From positions 27,365 through 91,364 of the forward strand of contig DATGVM010000022.1 in NCBI GenBank assembly GCA_035300345.1: 64,000 nt of DNA. The letters run 5' to 3'. Made by a program: the position numbers and the translations under genes. Positions 55,807-64,000 of the stretch are shown piece after piece. The DNA comes from Steroidobacteraceae bacterium. GTDB lineage: Bacteria; Pseudomonadota; Gammaproteobacteria; Steroidobacterales; Steroidobacteraceae. Under the pieces are notes generated by a model that saw only the letters and a list, made by a program, of their open reading frames with translations, was not told the DNA's origin and did not search any database. Numbering within the stretch: position 1 is the stretch's first letter; each line of letters opens with the position of its first letter.

Positions 55807-56264
55807 GCGCCGTGCCGCAACAGCTCGATATTTATACCGACGGTGCCTGCCGCGGCAACCCCGGCCCGGGCGGCTGGGGTGCGCTGCTGATCAGCGGTTC
55901 GCATGAGCGGGAACTGTCGGGTGCGCAGCCCTTGACCACCAACAATCGCATGGAACTGCTCGCGGTGATCGAGGGCTTGCGCGCGCTCAAGCGCCATGTG
56001 CGTGCGCGCCTCTACACGGATTCGCAGTACGTGCAGCTCGGCATCACCACCTGGCTGCCGGATTGGAAGGCGCGCGGCTGGCGCACGGCCGCGCGCAAGC
56101 CGGTGAAGAACCAGGATCTGTGGGAGGAGCTGGATGCGCTCGCCGCCGGTCACGAGATCGAATGGCATTGGGTGAAGGGCCACTCGGGCAATCGCGGCAA
56201 CGAGCGCTGCGACCAGCTCGCCAACGCCGCGATCGACGCACTCCTTGGGGTAGAATCGCGCTGA
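55803..56264 (+). CDS. rnhA: ribonuclease HI
   Basis: [51 protein letters not shown]. Confidence 0.95.
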   Translation: MSAVPQQLDIYTDGACRGNPGPGGWGALLISGSHERELSGAQPLTTNNRMELLAVIEGLRALKRHVRARLYTDSQYVQLGITTWLPDWKARGWRTAARKPVKNQDLWEELDALAAGHEIEWHWVKGHSGNRGNERCDQLANAAIDALLGVESR

Positions 56265-56986
56265 TGCGACAGGTTGTACTGGACACCGAAACCACCGGTC
56301 TCGAAGTCACGCGCGGGCACCGTGTCATCGAAATCGGTTGCGTCGAGCTGCTCAACCGGCGCGCCAGCGAACGCCACTTCCACCGCTACCTCAATCCCGA
56401 GCGCGAGGTGGACGAAGGGGCCCGCGCGATCCACGGCATTTCGCTCCAGGATCTCGCCGACAAACCGCGTTTTGCCGAGATCGCCGCGGAGTTCACCGAG
56501 TTCGTCGCCGGTGCGGAACTGATCATCCACAATGCCAGCTTCGACCTGGGCTTTCTCGACGCCGAATTCGCCCGCCTCGGCGCCTCCGCACCGGTGCGCC
56601 TCGCTGAACTGTGTCCGGTGCTTGATACCCTGGCGCTCGCGCGCCAGATGCACCCGGGACAGCGCAACAACCTCGACTCCCTGTGCAAGCGCTACGGCAT
56701 CGACAATTCGCACCGCGAGCTGCACGGCGCGCTGCTCGATGCGCGCATCCTGGCCGACGTCTATCTGGCGATGACCGGCGGCCAGAGCGCCCTGGCCCTC
56801 GATGAAGGCGCGCGCCAGGGCGCCGGCCGCGCCGCCGCGGGGCCCCGAGGAGGGGACAGTGAGGCGGCCGATCGCGTGCCGCTGCTGGTACGCGCCGCGA
56901 GCGCGCAGGAGCGGGCGGCGCACGAGCAGCTCCAGGATCTGCTGCACAAGGAAAGCCACGGTCAGTGCCTCTGGCGCCGGCCATGA
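56264..56986 (+). CDS. dnaQ: DNA polymerase III subunit epsilon
   Basis: The start [14 protein letters not shown] overlaps the rnhA stop. Exo motifs VLDTETTG, IHNASFDLGFL, HGALLDARILADVY. The track ORF 56063.. is an upstream in-frame extension. Confidence 0.93.
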   Translation: MRQVVLDTETTGLEVTRGHRVIEIGCVELLNRRASERHFHRYLNPEREVDEGARAIHGISLQDLADKPRFAEIAAEFTEFVAGAELIIHNASFDLGFLDAEFARLGASAPVRLAELCPVLDTLALARQMHPGQRNNLDSLCKRYGIDNSHRELHGALLDARILADVYLAMTGGQSALALDEGARQGAGRAAAGPRGGDSEAADRVPLLVRAASAQERAAHEQLQDLLHKESHGQCLWRRP

Positions 56987-57996
56987 AGCTGCTGGTCACC
57001 GGTGCCGCGGGCTTCATCGGTTACTTCACTTCCCAGCGCCTGCTCGCGCGCGGTGACGAGGTCATCGGCCTCGACAATCTCAACGACTACTATGACGTCA
57101 ACCTGAAGCGTGCGCGGCTGGCGCAGCTCGATACCCAGCGCGGTTTTAGCTTCGTGAAGCTCGACCTGGCCAACCAGGCGGGCGTGGCCCAGCTGTTCGC
57201 GCGCGAGAAATTCCAGCGGGTGGTGCACCTGGGTGCGCAGGCCGGCGTGCGCCATTCACTTAAAGACCCGCACAGTTATATTTCCAGCAACGTGCAGGGC
57301 ACGCTCAACGTCCTGGAGGGTTGCCGTCTGCACCGTGTTGAACATCTGGTGTACGCCTCCAGCAGTGCGGTCTACGGCGCCAGCACCAAATTGCCGTCCT
57401 CCGTGCACGATGGGGCCTCCCACCCCCTGTCGCTCTACGCCGCGAGCAAGCGCTCCACCGAGCTCATGGCGCACAGTTACGCGGCGGTATACGGCCTGCC
57501 CACGACGGGACTGCGCTTCTTCACGGTCTACGGGCCCTGGGGCCGTCCCGATATGGCCTTGTTCCGCTTCGCACGCGCGATCGTCGATGGCAAGCCGATC
57601 GAGATCTACAACCAGGGTCATCATCAGCGCGACTTCACTTACGTGGATGACATCGTCGAGGGTCTGGTGCGGATCGTCGACAAGATCGCCGCACCCGAGG
57701 ATCGCTGGAACAGCCTGGCGCCAGACCCCGCCTGGAGTTTCGCGCCTTACCGGCTCTACAACATCGGCAGCCACCGGCCCATCGAGCTGCTGCGCTACAT
57801 CGAACTGCTCGAAGCGAGCCTGGGCCGCAAGGCCGAACGCATCCTCAGGCCCCTGCAGCCCGGTGATGTGACGAACACCTTCGCCGATATCAGCGAACTC
57901 GCCGACGCCATCGGTTACCGTCCGGAGACGCCGATCGAAGTGGGCGTGCGCCGCTTCGTCGACTGGTTTCGCGATTACTACCGCATAAGCAGCTGA
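56983..57996 (+). CDS. NAD-dependent epimerase (UDP-glucuronate 4-epimerase-like)
   Basis: MKLLVTGAAGFIGYFTSQRLLARGDEVIGLDNLNDYYDVNLK, catalytic YAASK, DFTYVDDIV. Confidence 0.85.
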   Translation: MKLLVTGAAGFIGYFTSQRLLARGDEVIGLDNLNDYYDVNLKRARLAQLDTQRGFSFVKLDLANQAGVAQLFAREKFQRVVHLGAQAGVRHSLKDPHSYISSNVQGTLNVLEGCRLHRVEHLVYASSSAVYGASTKLPSSVHDGASHPLSLYAASKRSTELMAHSYAAVYGLPTTGLRFFTVYGPWGRPDMALFRFARAIVDGKPIEIYNQGHHQRDFTYVDDIVEGLVRIVDKIAAPEDRWNSLAPDPAWSFAPYRLYNIGSHRPIELLRYIELLEASLGRKAERILRPLQPGDVTNTFADISELADAIGYRPETPIEVGVRRFVDWFRDYYRISS

Positions 57997-58015
57997 AGGC
58001 GGATTTGCCTGTCGG

Positions 58016-58033
58016 GTATAACTTGAGTTATAC
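58016..58033. promoter_or_regulatory. inverted repeat GTATAAC-N4-GTTATAC, candidate promoter/operator of the RHH-mazF operon
   Basis: A perfect 7-bp palindrome arm pair ends 8 bp before the GTG start of the antitoxin. It contains a TATACT -10-like hexamer. Confidence 0.4.
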
Positions 58034-58041
58034 TGCAGGGG

Positions 58042-58284
58042 GTGAAGACCGCCATTTCCATTCCAGACTCAATATTCGAGGACGCCGAGCGTCTAGCGAA
58101 GCGCCGCGGCTGGTCGCGCAGCGAACTGTATGCAAATGCCGTCTCGGATTTCGTCAAAGCCGAGAGATTCATCGGCGTACGCGAGCGACTGGACGCTATT
58201 TATGGCAAGGACTCCGAAGACTCCGCGCTCGACCCGCTCCTTGAGCAGCTGCAGTTACAGTCACTGCCCAAGGAAAAGTGGTAA
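58042..58284 (+). CDS. ribbon-helix-helix (CopG/MazE-type) antitoxin
   Basis: 80 aa. KTAISIPDSIFEDAERLAKRRGWSRSELYANAVSDFV is an RHH fold pattern. Its stop overlaps the toxin start. Confidence 0.8.
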   Translation: MKTAISIPDSIFEDAERLAKRRGWSRSELYANAVSDFVKAERFIGVRERLDAIYGKDSEDSALDPLLEQLQLQSLPKEKW

Positions 58285-58622
58285 TGCGCCGTGGCGAGAT
58301 CTGGTGGGCCTCGCTCGCCGATCCTGCTGGCTCGGCTCCCGGATTTCGCCGCCCTGTCCTCATTGTCCAGTCCAACGATTTCAATGAGAGTGCGATCCGT
58401 ACGACAATCTGCGCCGTCATTACCGCCAATCTGCGTCTGGCCGATGCACCCGGAAACATCCGCCTGGCGCGCAAGGCCAGCGGTCTGGCGCGCGATTCCG
58501 TGGTAAACGCTTCGCAGCTCATCGCGGTGGACAAGCGGTTCCTGACGCAGCGCGTAGGTCGCCTGCCGCCTGAGGCGCTGCGCAACGTCGAGGCCGGCAT
58601 GCGGCTGGTGCTGGCACTATAG
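58284..58622 (+). CDS. mazF: PemK/MazF family toxin (mRNA interferase)
   Basis: MRRGEIWWASLADPAGSAPGFRRPVLIVQSNDFN...VVNASQLIAVDKRFL is the typical MazF/PemK pattern. Confidence 0.88.
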   Translation: MRRGEIWWASLADPAGSAPGFRRPVLIVQSNDFNESAIRTTICAVITANLRLADAPGNIRLARKASGLARDSVVNASQLIAVDKRFLTQRVGRLPPEALRNVEAGMRLVLAL

Positions 58623-58706
58623 TAGTAGCTATTCGCGTCAGGGGCCCTTGAGTGCCTATGCAGCGGGGCCTCTCTAGGCCAGATCGGCAGTGAAAACAGG
58701 GCAAAC

Positions 58707-58736
58707 AGGCCGTCGCGAGACGGCCTTTTTCTTTTC
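58707..58736 (+). terminator. rho-independent terminator
   Basis: Stem AGGCCGTC / GACGGCCT with loop GCGA, followed by TTTTTCTTTTC. Confidence 0.7.
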
Positions 58737-58859
58737 TGGAGGGTCCGCGAGCGGACAGAACTACTCGCTACGAGAGCAGATAGTCGCGGCTCCTGCACTT
58801 CCAGTGCCACAACTTTAAACCCTCCTCAATTCACTTATAGAAAACGGACATCAATTATC

Positions 58860-59618
58860 ATGATCAATCGTCAAAAATATCTCTTCACGTCAGTACTGGC
58901 GACAGCCGCGCTACTCGTTGGCGGCGTCTCGTCAGTATCGGCGCAGGTGCCTGCAGGGGCGCTTACCAATTTCGCAGCCCTGGGCGGCACGGCTGTAACC
59001 TGCACCGGCGGCTCCATCGTCGGCGACGTCGGTATCTCCCCCGGCATCACGGCGGCTTACACGAACACCGGCTGTTTGGTTACAGGCGGCACGCCTCCGG
59101 CGACAAACCAGGCCGCAGTCCAGGCGCGCGCTGATCTGACTGGTGCCTACGCGGCGTTCCAGTCCATGTCCGCGGGTTGCACCGCAATCACGGGAAGCCT
59201 CGCGGCCAGCAATCTGGCACCTGGCGTCTACTGTGTCGACGCGGTAGCCAAGACGGGCTTGTTGACCCTTACCGGTCCCTCCAGTGGGGTCTGGGTTCTC
59301 CTGATCGATGGCGCCCTTACCGGCACCAATTTCTCAGTGGAAATGGCCGGCGGCGCAGTGCCGTGTAACGTGTTCTGGGTGCCCGGTCTCGCGGCGACCA
59401 TGACCAATTCGGCCCTTAAGGGAAGCATCGTTGCAGGCAACGAAGTCTCCGGATCCATTACCCTGACGGGCGGATCCTTGGCCGGTCAGGCCCTAGCGAG
59501 TGTTGCCCTGACGACGACTGGCACCAGTGTCGTCGGCTGCCAGGCGCTCGCGACTCCCCTCGACACTACGACTCCCGTCATTACGCCGAGCACGCCCAGA
59601 TACGGGCACGTCGACTGA
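58860..59618 (+). CDS. secreted DUF3494 (ice-binding-like, beta-solenoid) family protein
   Basis: Signal peptide ...VSSVSAQV. Family-typical FAALGGTAVTCTGGSIVGDVGISPG, ARADLTGAYAA, LAPGVYCV, VWVLLIDGALT, NVFWVPG, GSIVAG...ITLTGGSLAGQALA. Confidence 0.8.
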   Translation: MINRQKYLFTSVLATAALLVGGVSSVSAQVPAGALTNFAALGGTAVTCTGGSIVGDVGISPGITAAYTNTGCLVTGGTPPATNQAAVQARADLTGAYAAFQSMSAGCTAITGSLAASNLAPGVYCVDAVAKTGLLTLTGPSSGVWVLLIDGALTGTNFSVEMAGGAVPCNVFWVPGLAATMTNSALKGSIVAGNEVSGSITLTGGSLAGQALASVALTTTGTSVVGCQALATPLDTTTPVITPSTPRYGHVD

Positions 59619-59646
59619 GCCATGAGGCATTGCTGGATGAAGCAGT

Positions 59647-59678
59647 AAGAGAAGGCCGTCACGAGACGGCCTTCTCTT
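59647..59678. terminator. bidirectional hairpin terminator between convergent genes
   Basis: A 14-bp perfect stem AAGAGAAGGCCGTC / GACGGCCTTCTCTT with loop ACGA. It overlaps the stop codon of the minus-strand gene. Confidence 0.65.
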
Positions 59679-60504
59679 ATGTGCGCATCCGCTTGGTCAC
59701 GTCCATGCCAATTCCACGGTATCCCGCGTAACAACCCGACGCATCGACGATGGGCTCCCCGCTCACCTGAAAATATTGCCGTGAGCCATCGACATTGATC
59801 CTGCTGTAGAGGAAATCCAGGAACGGGCGCCTGCCGACGATGTTTGCCTCGAGTTCAGCCCGCTCGGCCTCAATCCAGCGCGGGCCCTGCACATCGATTG
59901 CTTTGTCCGGGGCATCGTTGCCGCGAATTCCGAGCATCTCCAGAGCGGGCCCGGAAACCTGGGTGAAGCGCCCGTTCACATCCTGTTCCCAGTACCAGTC
60001 GGACGAGAGCTCGGTCAGGCGGTGAAAGCGCTCCTCGCTGGCGCGCAATTCGGCGGTCCGCTCCAGCACCGTCCGTTCCAGCAGCACGTTGTGATGCTCA
60101 ATCTGCTGGTACAGCAGGCGTACTTCCAGCATGTTGCGGATGCGGGTCTGGACTTCAACCAGATCAAACGGCTTGCTGATGAAGTCTTTGGCGCCAGCCT
60201 GCAAGGCACGCAGCTTGTGGCCCGATTGGGCGCTGATCACCAGTATCGGCAGGTAGCCGCCGGCCTCGATGCCCTTGAGGTCCTCCATGACCTGAAACCC
60301 GTCCATGCCGGGCATCAACAAGTCGAGCAGGATCAGGTCGTAGCGGTTCTTGCGGTGCAACGCGCAGACTTCATTCGGGTCCCGCGTGGATGCGATGCAG
60401 GTATGGCCAGCGCCGCTCAGCATTCTCTCCAGCAGCCGGACATTGGCTTCCAGATCATCAACGATCAGAATCTTGGCGTTAAGGATGTCGGAGTTGCTGA
60501 TCAT
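59677..60504 (-). CDS. response regulator with C-terminal PAS domain (REC-PAS)
   Basis: Start MISNSDILNAKILIVDD at 60504. DLILLDLLMPGMDG, ISKPF, then RFHRLTELSSDWYWEQDVNGRFT (PAS). The track ORF is extended upstream in frame. Confidence 0.85.
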   Translation of the reverse strand: MISNSDILNAKILIVDDLEANVRLLERMLSGAGHTCIASTRDPNEVCALHRKNRYDLILLDLLMPGMDGFQVMEDLKGIEAGGYLPILVISAQSGHKLRALQAGAKDFISKPFDLVEVQTRIRNMLEVRLLYQQIEHHNVLLERTVLERTAELRASEERFHRLTELSSDWYWEQDVNGRFTQVSGPALEMLGIRGNDAPDKAIDVQGPRWIEAERAELEANIVGRRPFLDFLYSRINVDGSRQYFQVSGEPIVDASGCYAGYRGIGMDVTKRMRT

Positions 60505-62458
60505 CGCGCGGCTCCTTGGCATATGCACTGCTACGGTCTGCATTGGACGAAGCTGATTTGGACGCCTGCAGTGCCACGTCCACCGCAGCCATGAACTCGA
60601 CGACCTTGATGGGTTTGGTGAGATAGCGAAAGAATCCGGCCTCGTAGCCCCTGTTAATGTCGTGGGGCATGGCATTGGCACTAATGGCAACGACGGGTAT
60701 GTGTCTTGTCAGCGGATCCGCGCGCAGGATTTTCAGGGCGCCGATACCGCTGATTCCCGGCAGATTGATGTCCATCAGAATCACCTCCGGCTGATACTCG
60801 CGCGCCAGCTTGATCCCGAGCGTCGCGTCGCGTGCGCTCAGCAGGCGCATATTCGGGCGGCGCGCGATGAGGTGTTCGACCAGCCTCAGATTGGCCGGGT
60901 TGTCCTCGACATAGAGCAAAGTGCGCAGTGCGGCGTCATTGTGCAGCTGCGCTGGCTGCAGCGCCGCAGCGTCGGTGACGCCGAGCTCAAGCTGTGGTGC
61001 GTCCGCCTGGAGCAGCTCGACTCGGAACTCGCTGCCAACTCCTCTGACGCTCGTCACGCTAATGACACCACCCATCAGTTCAACCAGTCGCTTGGTCATC
61101 ACCAAGCCGATGCCGGTGCCCTCTTCGCCACCGGCCTCCTGACCGAGACGATTGAACGGCTGGAAAAGCTGCGCCAGCTTTTCCGGAGATAGTCCCGGGC
61201 CGGTGTCTGCAACGCTAATGCGGATTCGTCCCGGGGACGCCACGGCGTATTTCACGGCGACCGTTCCTCCCGCATGGTTGTACTTGATCGCGTTGGACAG
61301 TAGGTTGATGAGAATCTGCTTCACCCGTGTCCGATCGGCAAGCACATAGCAGGGGTTCTCCAATTGGCAGAAACTCATGGTGACGCCGTACTTCTGCGCC
61401 TGCGGTTCGATCATGGTCTGGCAATCGAGCATGACCTCGCCCAGCGACATGGGCTCCAGCGACAGCGACAGCTTGCCCGACTCGACCAAGGCGAGATCGA
61501 GAATCTCGTTGATGAGATTCAGCAGGTACCACCCTGCCTGGAGAATCTGCCCGGTGCTTTCCTTCTGGGTGAGCGTTTGCGGCGTGGCGTCGGACTCCAG
61601 CAACTGCGCGAAACCAAGGATTGCATTGAGCGGCGAGCGCAGCTCATGGCTCATGTTGGACAGGAAATCCGTTTTCGCCAGGTTGGCCTTTTCCGCAACT
61701 GCCATGGCGTTGTGCAGTTCCAATTCGAACTGCTTGCGCGCGGAATTGTCGGTGCCAATCAACAGATACCCGATGATGGCGTCGCGGGTGTCGCGCAGCG
61801 CTGTAACCGACACCACGGCCGGAAACCGGCTGCCGTCCTTGCGGAAATAGGTCAGCTCGTAAATGTCCTCGATCCCGCGCGAGGCCTTGAAGACCAGCGC
61901 TTCGAAGCCGGGGGTGATCTGGGTGCCGAGTTCGGCGCTGAGCTCTTTGGCGCGCACGATCACTTCCTGCGGATCATGAATGTCACTGGGGTTGATCTTG
62001 TTGACGACCTCAACAGCCGAATAACCCAGCATGCGTTCGGCACCAACATTGAATAACTGAATGATGCCTTTCTCGTCGGTGGCGATAATCGAGAAAGTGG
62101 CACTGGTGAGTATCGCGTTCTGCAAGGCTCCCGCCTTTAACAGCGCTTCTTCCGCCCGCTTGCGCGCTGTGTTGTCGGTGCCAATCAACAGATAGCCGAT
62201 GATGGCGTCGTGCACGTCACGGAGCGCTGTGACCGACACCACGGCCGGGAACCGGCTGCCGTCCTTGCGGAAGTAGGTCAGCTCGTAGATATCCTCGATC
62301 CCACGCGAGGCCTTGAAGACCAGGGCCTCGAATCCGGGTGTGATCGGGGTGCCGCGCTCGAGACTCAGCGCCTTGGCGCGCGCAATCACCTCCTGCGGAT
62401 CAGAAATGTCGGCCGGCGTGATCCTGTTGAGCACTTCGGCGGCCGAATAGCCCAGCAT
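60479..62458 (-). CDS. soluble hybrid histidine kinase (PAS-PAS-HisKA-HATPase-REC); 5' end unresolved
   Basis: H-box MSHELRSPLNAILGFAQLL, G-boxes DTGPGLS and GTGIGLV, receiver ILMDINLPGISG...TKP. Two near-identical PAS units are present. PAS-homologous in-frame sequence continues upstream of the first ATG (62458) to about 62590. Confidence 0.85.
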   Translation of the reverse strand: MLGYSAAEVLNRITPADISDPQEVIARAKALSLERGTPITPGFEALVFKASRGIEDIYELTYFRKDGSRFPAVVSVTALRDVHDAIIGYLLIGTDNTARKRAEEALLKAGALQNAILTSATFSIIATDEKGIIQLFNVGAERMLGYSAVEVVNKINPSDIHDPQEVIVRAKELSAELGTQITPGFEALVFKASRGIEDIYELTYFRKDGSRFPAVVSVTALRDTRDAIIGYLLIGTDNSARKQFELELHNAMAVAEKANLAKTDFLSNMSHELRSPLNAILGFAQLLESDATPQTLTQKESTGQILQAGWYLLNLINEILDLALVESGKLSLSLEPMSLGEVMLDCQTMIEPQAQKYGVTMSFCQLENPCYVLADRTRVKQILINLLSNAIKYNHAGGTVAVKYAVASPGRIRISVADTGPGLSPEKLAQLFQPFNRLGQEAGGEEGTGIGLVMTKRLVELMGGVISVTSVRGVGSEFRVELLQADAPQLELGVTDAAALQPAQLHNDAALRTLLYVEDNPANLRLVEHLIARRPNMRLLSARDATLGIKLAREYQPEVILMDINLPGISGIGALKILRADPLTRHIPVVAISANAMPHDINRGYEAGFFRYLTKPIKVVEFMAAVDVALQASKSASSNADRSSAYAKEPRDDQQLRHP

Positions 62459-62590
62459 GCGCTCGGCACCGACATTGAAGATCTGGATGACGCCCTTTGC
62501 GTCGGTGGCGATAATCGAGAAATTGGCACTGTTGAAGATCGCGTTCTGCAGGGCCCCCGTCTTGAGCAGGGCCTCCTGGCGCCGGACGTC
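61735..62590 (-). repeat. tandem duplication of a 426-nt (142-codon) PAS-encoding unit
   Basis: GGTGCCAATCAACAGATA occurs at 61751 and 62177 (offset 426 nt). The protein segments ERMLGYSA.EV.N.I.P.DI.DPQEVI.RAK.LS...GT.ITPGFEALVFKASRGIEDIYELTYFRKDGSRFPAVVSVTALRD are almost identical in both units. Confidence 0.85.
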
Positions 62591-62643
62591 GGTGATGGAA
62601 TCTGGCGTGCGAGTGTGGGTGTTGATAGCGCCTCCGGCGTTCT

Positions 62644-63399
62644 CTATTTGATTTCTGCGAGCGGAACCGTGGCCGCGCTTTGGCGGTGCTGCACATCGCT
62701 GAGCAGGCGGGCGAATTCACGCTTGACCACCTGGTAGCACTCGCAGACCTGGACACTCAACAGCGAACGGTCCAGCACCGTGATGTGGCCGCGGCGATAA
62801 CTGATGGCGCCCAGATCCTTCAATGCTCCGGCCGATTCGGTGACGCCCACGCGACGCACTCCCAGCATGCTGGCGATCAATTCCTGGGTCATGATCAATT
62901 CGTTCGTTGGCGACCGGTCAACAGTCAACAGCAGCCAGCGGCACAGCTGCTGCAACAGCGAATGGTGGCGATTACAGGCGGCCGTTTGTGCCATCTGGGT
63001 GAGCAGCGCCTGGGTATAACGCAGCAATAGACGCAGCAGCAGCCCGTAGCGATCAAATTCTTCCATCAGCAGCCGTGACTGTATCTTGTAGCCATGGCCC
63101 GCCGTCTGCACGATCGCCCGGGTAAGCGTGGTTTGGCCGCCCATGAACAGTGACACGGCGAGCATGCCTTCATCGCCCACCCCGGCGACCTCAGCTGACG
63201 CGCCGCTTTCCATGACGCAATGCAAGGACACGATGGCGGTCGTGGGGAAATAGGCATGCGGCATCCGGACACCGGATTCACAGAGGAGTTCGCCAAGTTG
63301 CATCGGCACCAGCTCCAACTTGGGCAACAAGCGCTCGAATTCGGCCGTGGGAAGCGCGGCGAGCAGGTGGTTTTGACTGGGATTATGCGGGCTGGACAT
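62644..63399 (-). CDS. Crp/Fnr family transcriptional regulator
   Basis: The start MSSPHNPSQNHLLAALP at 63399 gives about 251 aa. It has a cNMP-binding-like fold and a C-terminal HTH (QELIASMLGVRRVGVTESAGALKDLGAISYRRGHITV). The track start at 63522 adds a low-complexity extension. Confidence 0.8.
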   Translation of the reverse strand: MSSPHNPSQNHLLAALPTAEFERLLPKLELVPMQLGELLCESGVRMPHAYFPTTAIVSLHCVMESGASAEVAGVGDEGMLAVSLFMGGQTTLTRAIVQTAGHGYKIQSRLLMEEFDRYGLLLRLLLRYTQALLTQMAQTAACNRHHSLLQQLCRWLLLTVDRSPTNELIMTQELIASMLGVRRVGVTESAGALKDLGAISYRRGHITVLDRSLLSVQVCECYQVVKREFARLLSDVQHRQSAATVPLAEIK

Positions 63400-63598
63400 G
63401 GTCGCAAGCTTGGTCTGACCGGGGATGGCCTCCAGCTCAGGCGTCTGTCGCCCTGGCTGGTCGTCATCGCACGCCTGCCGGTCGGGGTCGAGTGTAACTG
63501 AGCGGCTTGGGTGCAATGACATTTACTCGGGCGACGGTGACCGGGGCGCGCCCGGGTCAATATAGAATTGCTGCGCACCCCTGTTTCCGGAGCGCAGC

Positions 63599-64000
63599 AT
63601 GAGCACCAATCTTCCTGCCGGTCCTGATTGCGCTGCCTGGGCGCAGCTGACCGCGGCGGCGCCCCTGATGGCCTCGACGCGTGCACTGTTCGCCACCGAC
63701 GCCGCCCGCTACTCGCACTGCTCGGTGCAGGCGGCCGGATTGTTGTTCGATTATTCCCGCCAGCGCGTGGATGCGCCGGTGCTGGCGGCATTCGGTGTCC
63801 TTGCCGACCAGCTGCGGCTGCGCGAGCGCATCGAGGCGATGTTCCGCGGCGATGCCATCAATCTGACCGAGGGCAGGGCGGTGCTGCACACGGCGCTGCG
63901 CCGGAGTGGTGCGCCCAGCGCCCTCATGGTGGGGGGTGTGGATGTCGACGCGCTGGTGCGCACCGAGCGCGCGCGCATGCTGGATTTTGCCGAGCGCGTG
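63599..64000 (+). CDS. pgi: glucose-6-phosphate isomerase, 5' partial (runs off window)
   Basis: The frame is open from the ATG at 63599 to the window end. FATDAARYSHCSVQAAGLLFDYSRQRV and INLTEGRAVLHTALR are Pgi N-terminal motifs. Confidence 0.85.
   Translation, partial: MSTNLPAGPDCAAWAQLTAAAPLMASTRALFATDAARYSHCSVQAAGLLFDYSRQRVDAPVLAAFGVLADQLRLRERIEAMFRGDAINLTEGRAVLHTALRRSGAPSALMVGGVDVDALVRTERARMLDFAERV

Overview
This is a 64-kb segment of a high-GC proteobacterial chromosome. The gene orders tig-clpP-clpX-lon-tRNA-ppiD and mltD/yafS-like/rnhA/dnaQ suggest a gammaproteobacterium (inference only). The first ~33 kb (616-33359) is one large ABC-transporter-dependent capsule locus of the rkp/wcb type. 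It opens with a FAS-like type I PKS translationally coupled to an alpha-oxoamine synthase, followed by kpsE/kpsM/kpsT. Next comes a visibly AT-richer variable block (about 12.2-25.3 kb). That block holds a glycosyltransferase and three PAPS-type sulfotransferase domains fused to DUF4214-like repeats; one 1025-1032-aa protein carries 8 tandem 56-aa repeats plus two sulfotransferase domains. It also holds two methyltransferases, GSCFA and WcbI-like proteins, a secreted glycosidase-like protein and a decayed duplicate of that gene. A high-GC block follows with an OPX exporter, a second GT, a single-module KpsC-like protein, a hydrolase, a FemAB-like GNAT, an epimerase and a KpsS-like protein. The remaining 31 kb is mainly housekeeping: tRNA-Leu, tig, clpP, clpX, lon, tRNA-Val, tRNA-Asp, ppiD, fabI, mltD, rnhA, dnaQ and a pgi 5' end. 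Interspersed are three toxin-antitoxin loci: an orphan vapB-like gene where hupB usually sits, phd/parE with a frameshifted parE, and RHH/mazF. Also present are an ECF sigma/anti-sigma/S8-protease operon, a TorF-like porin, a CHRD lipoprotein and a secreted DUF3494 (ice-binding-like) protein. There are two two-component clusters: one contains an Asp-to-Glu pseudo-receiver, and the other a hybrid kinase with a tandemly duplicated PAS whose first copy lacks a canonical start codon. No rRNA, CRISPR array or intact mobile element was seen. Many long ORFs in the track are antisense artefacts of the high GC content.
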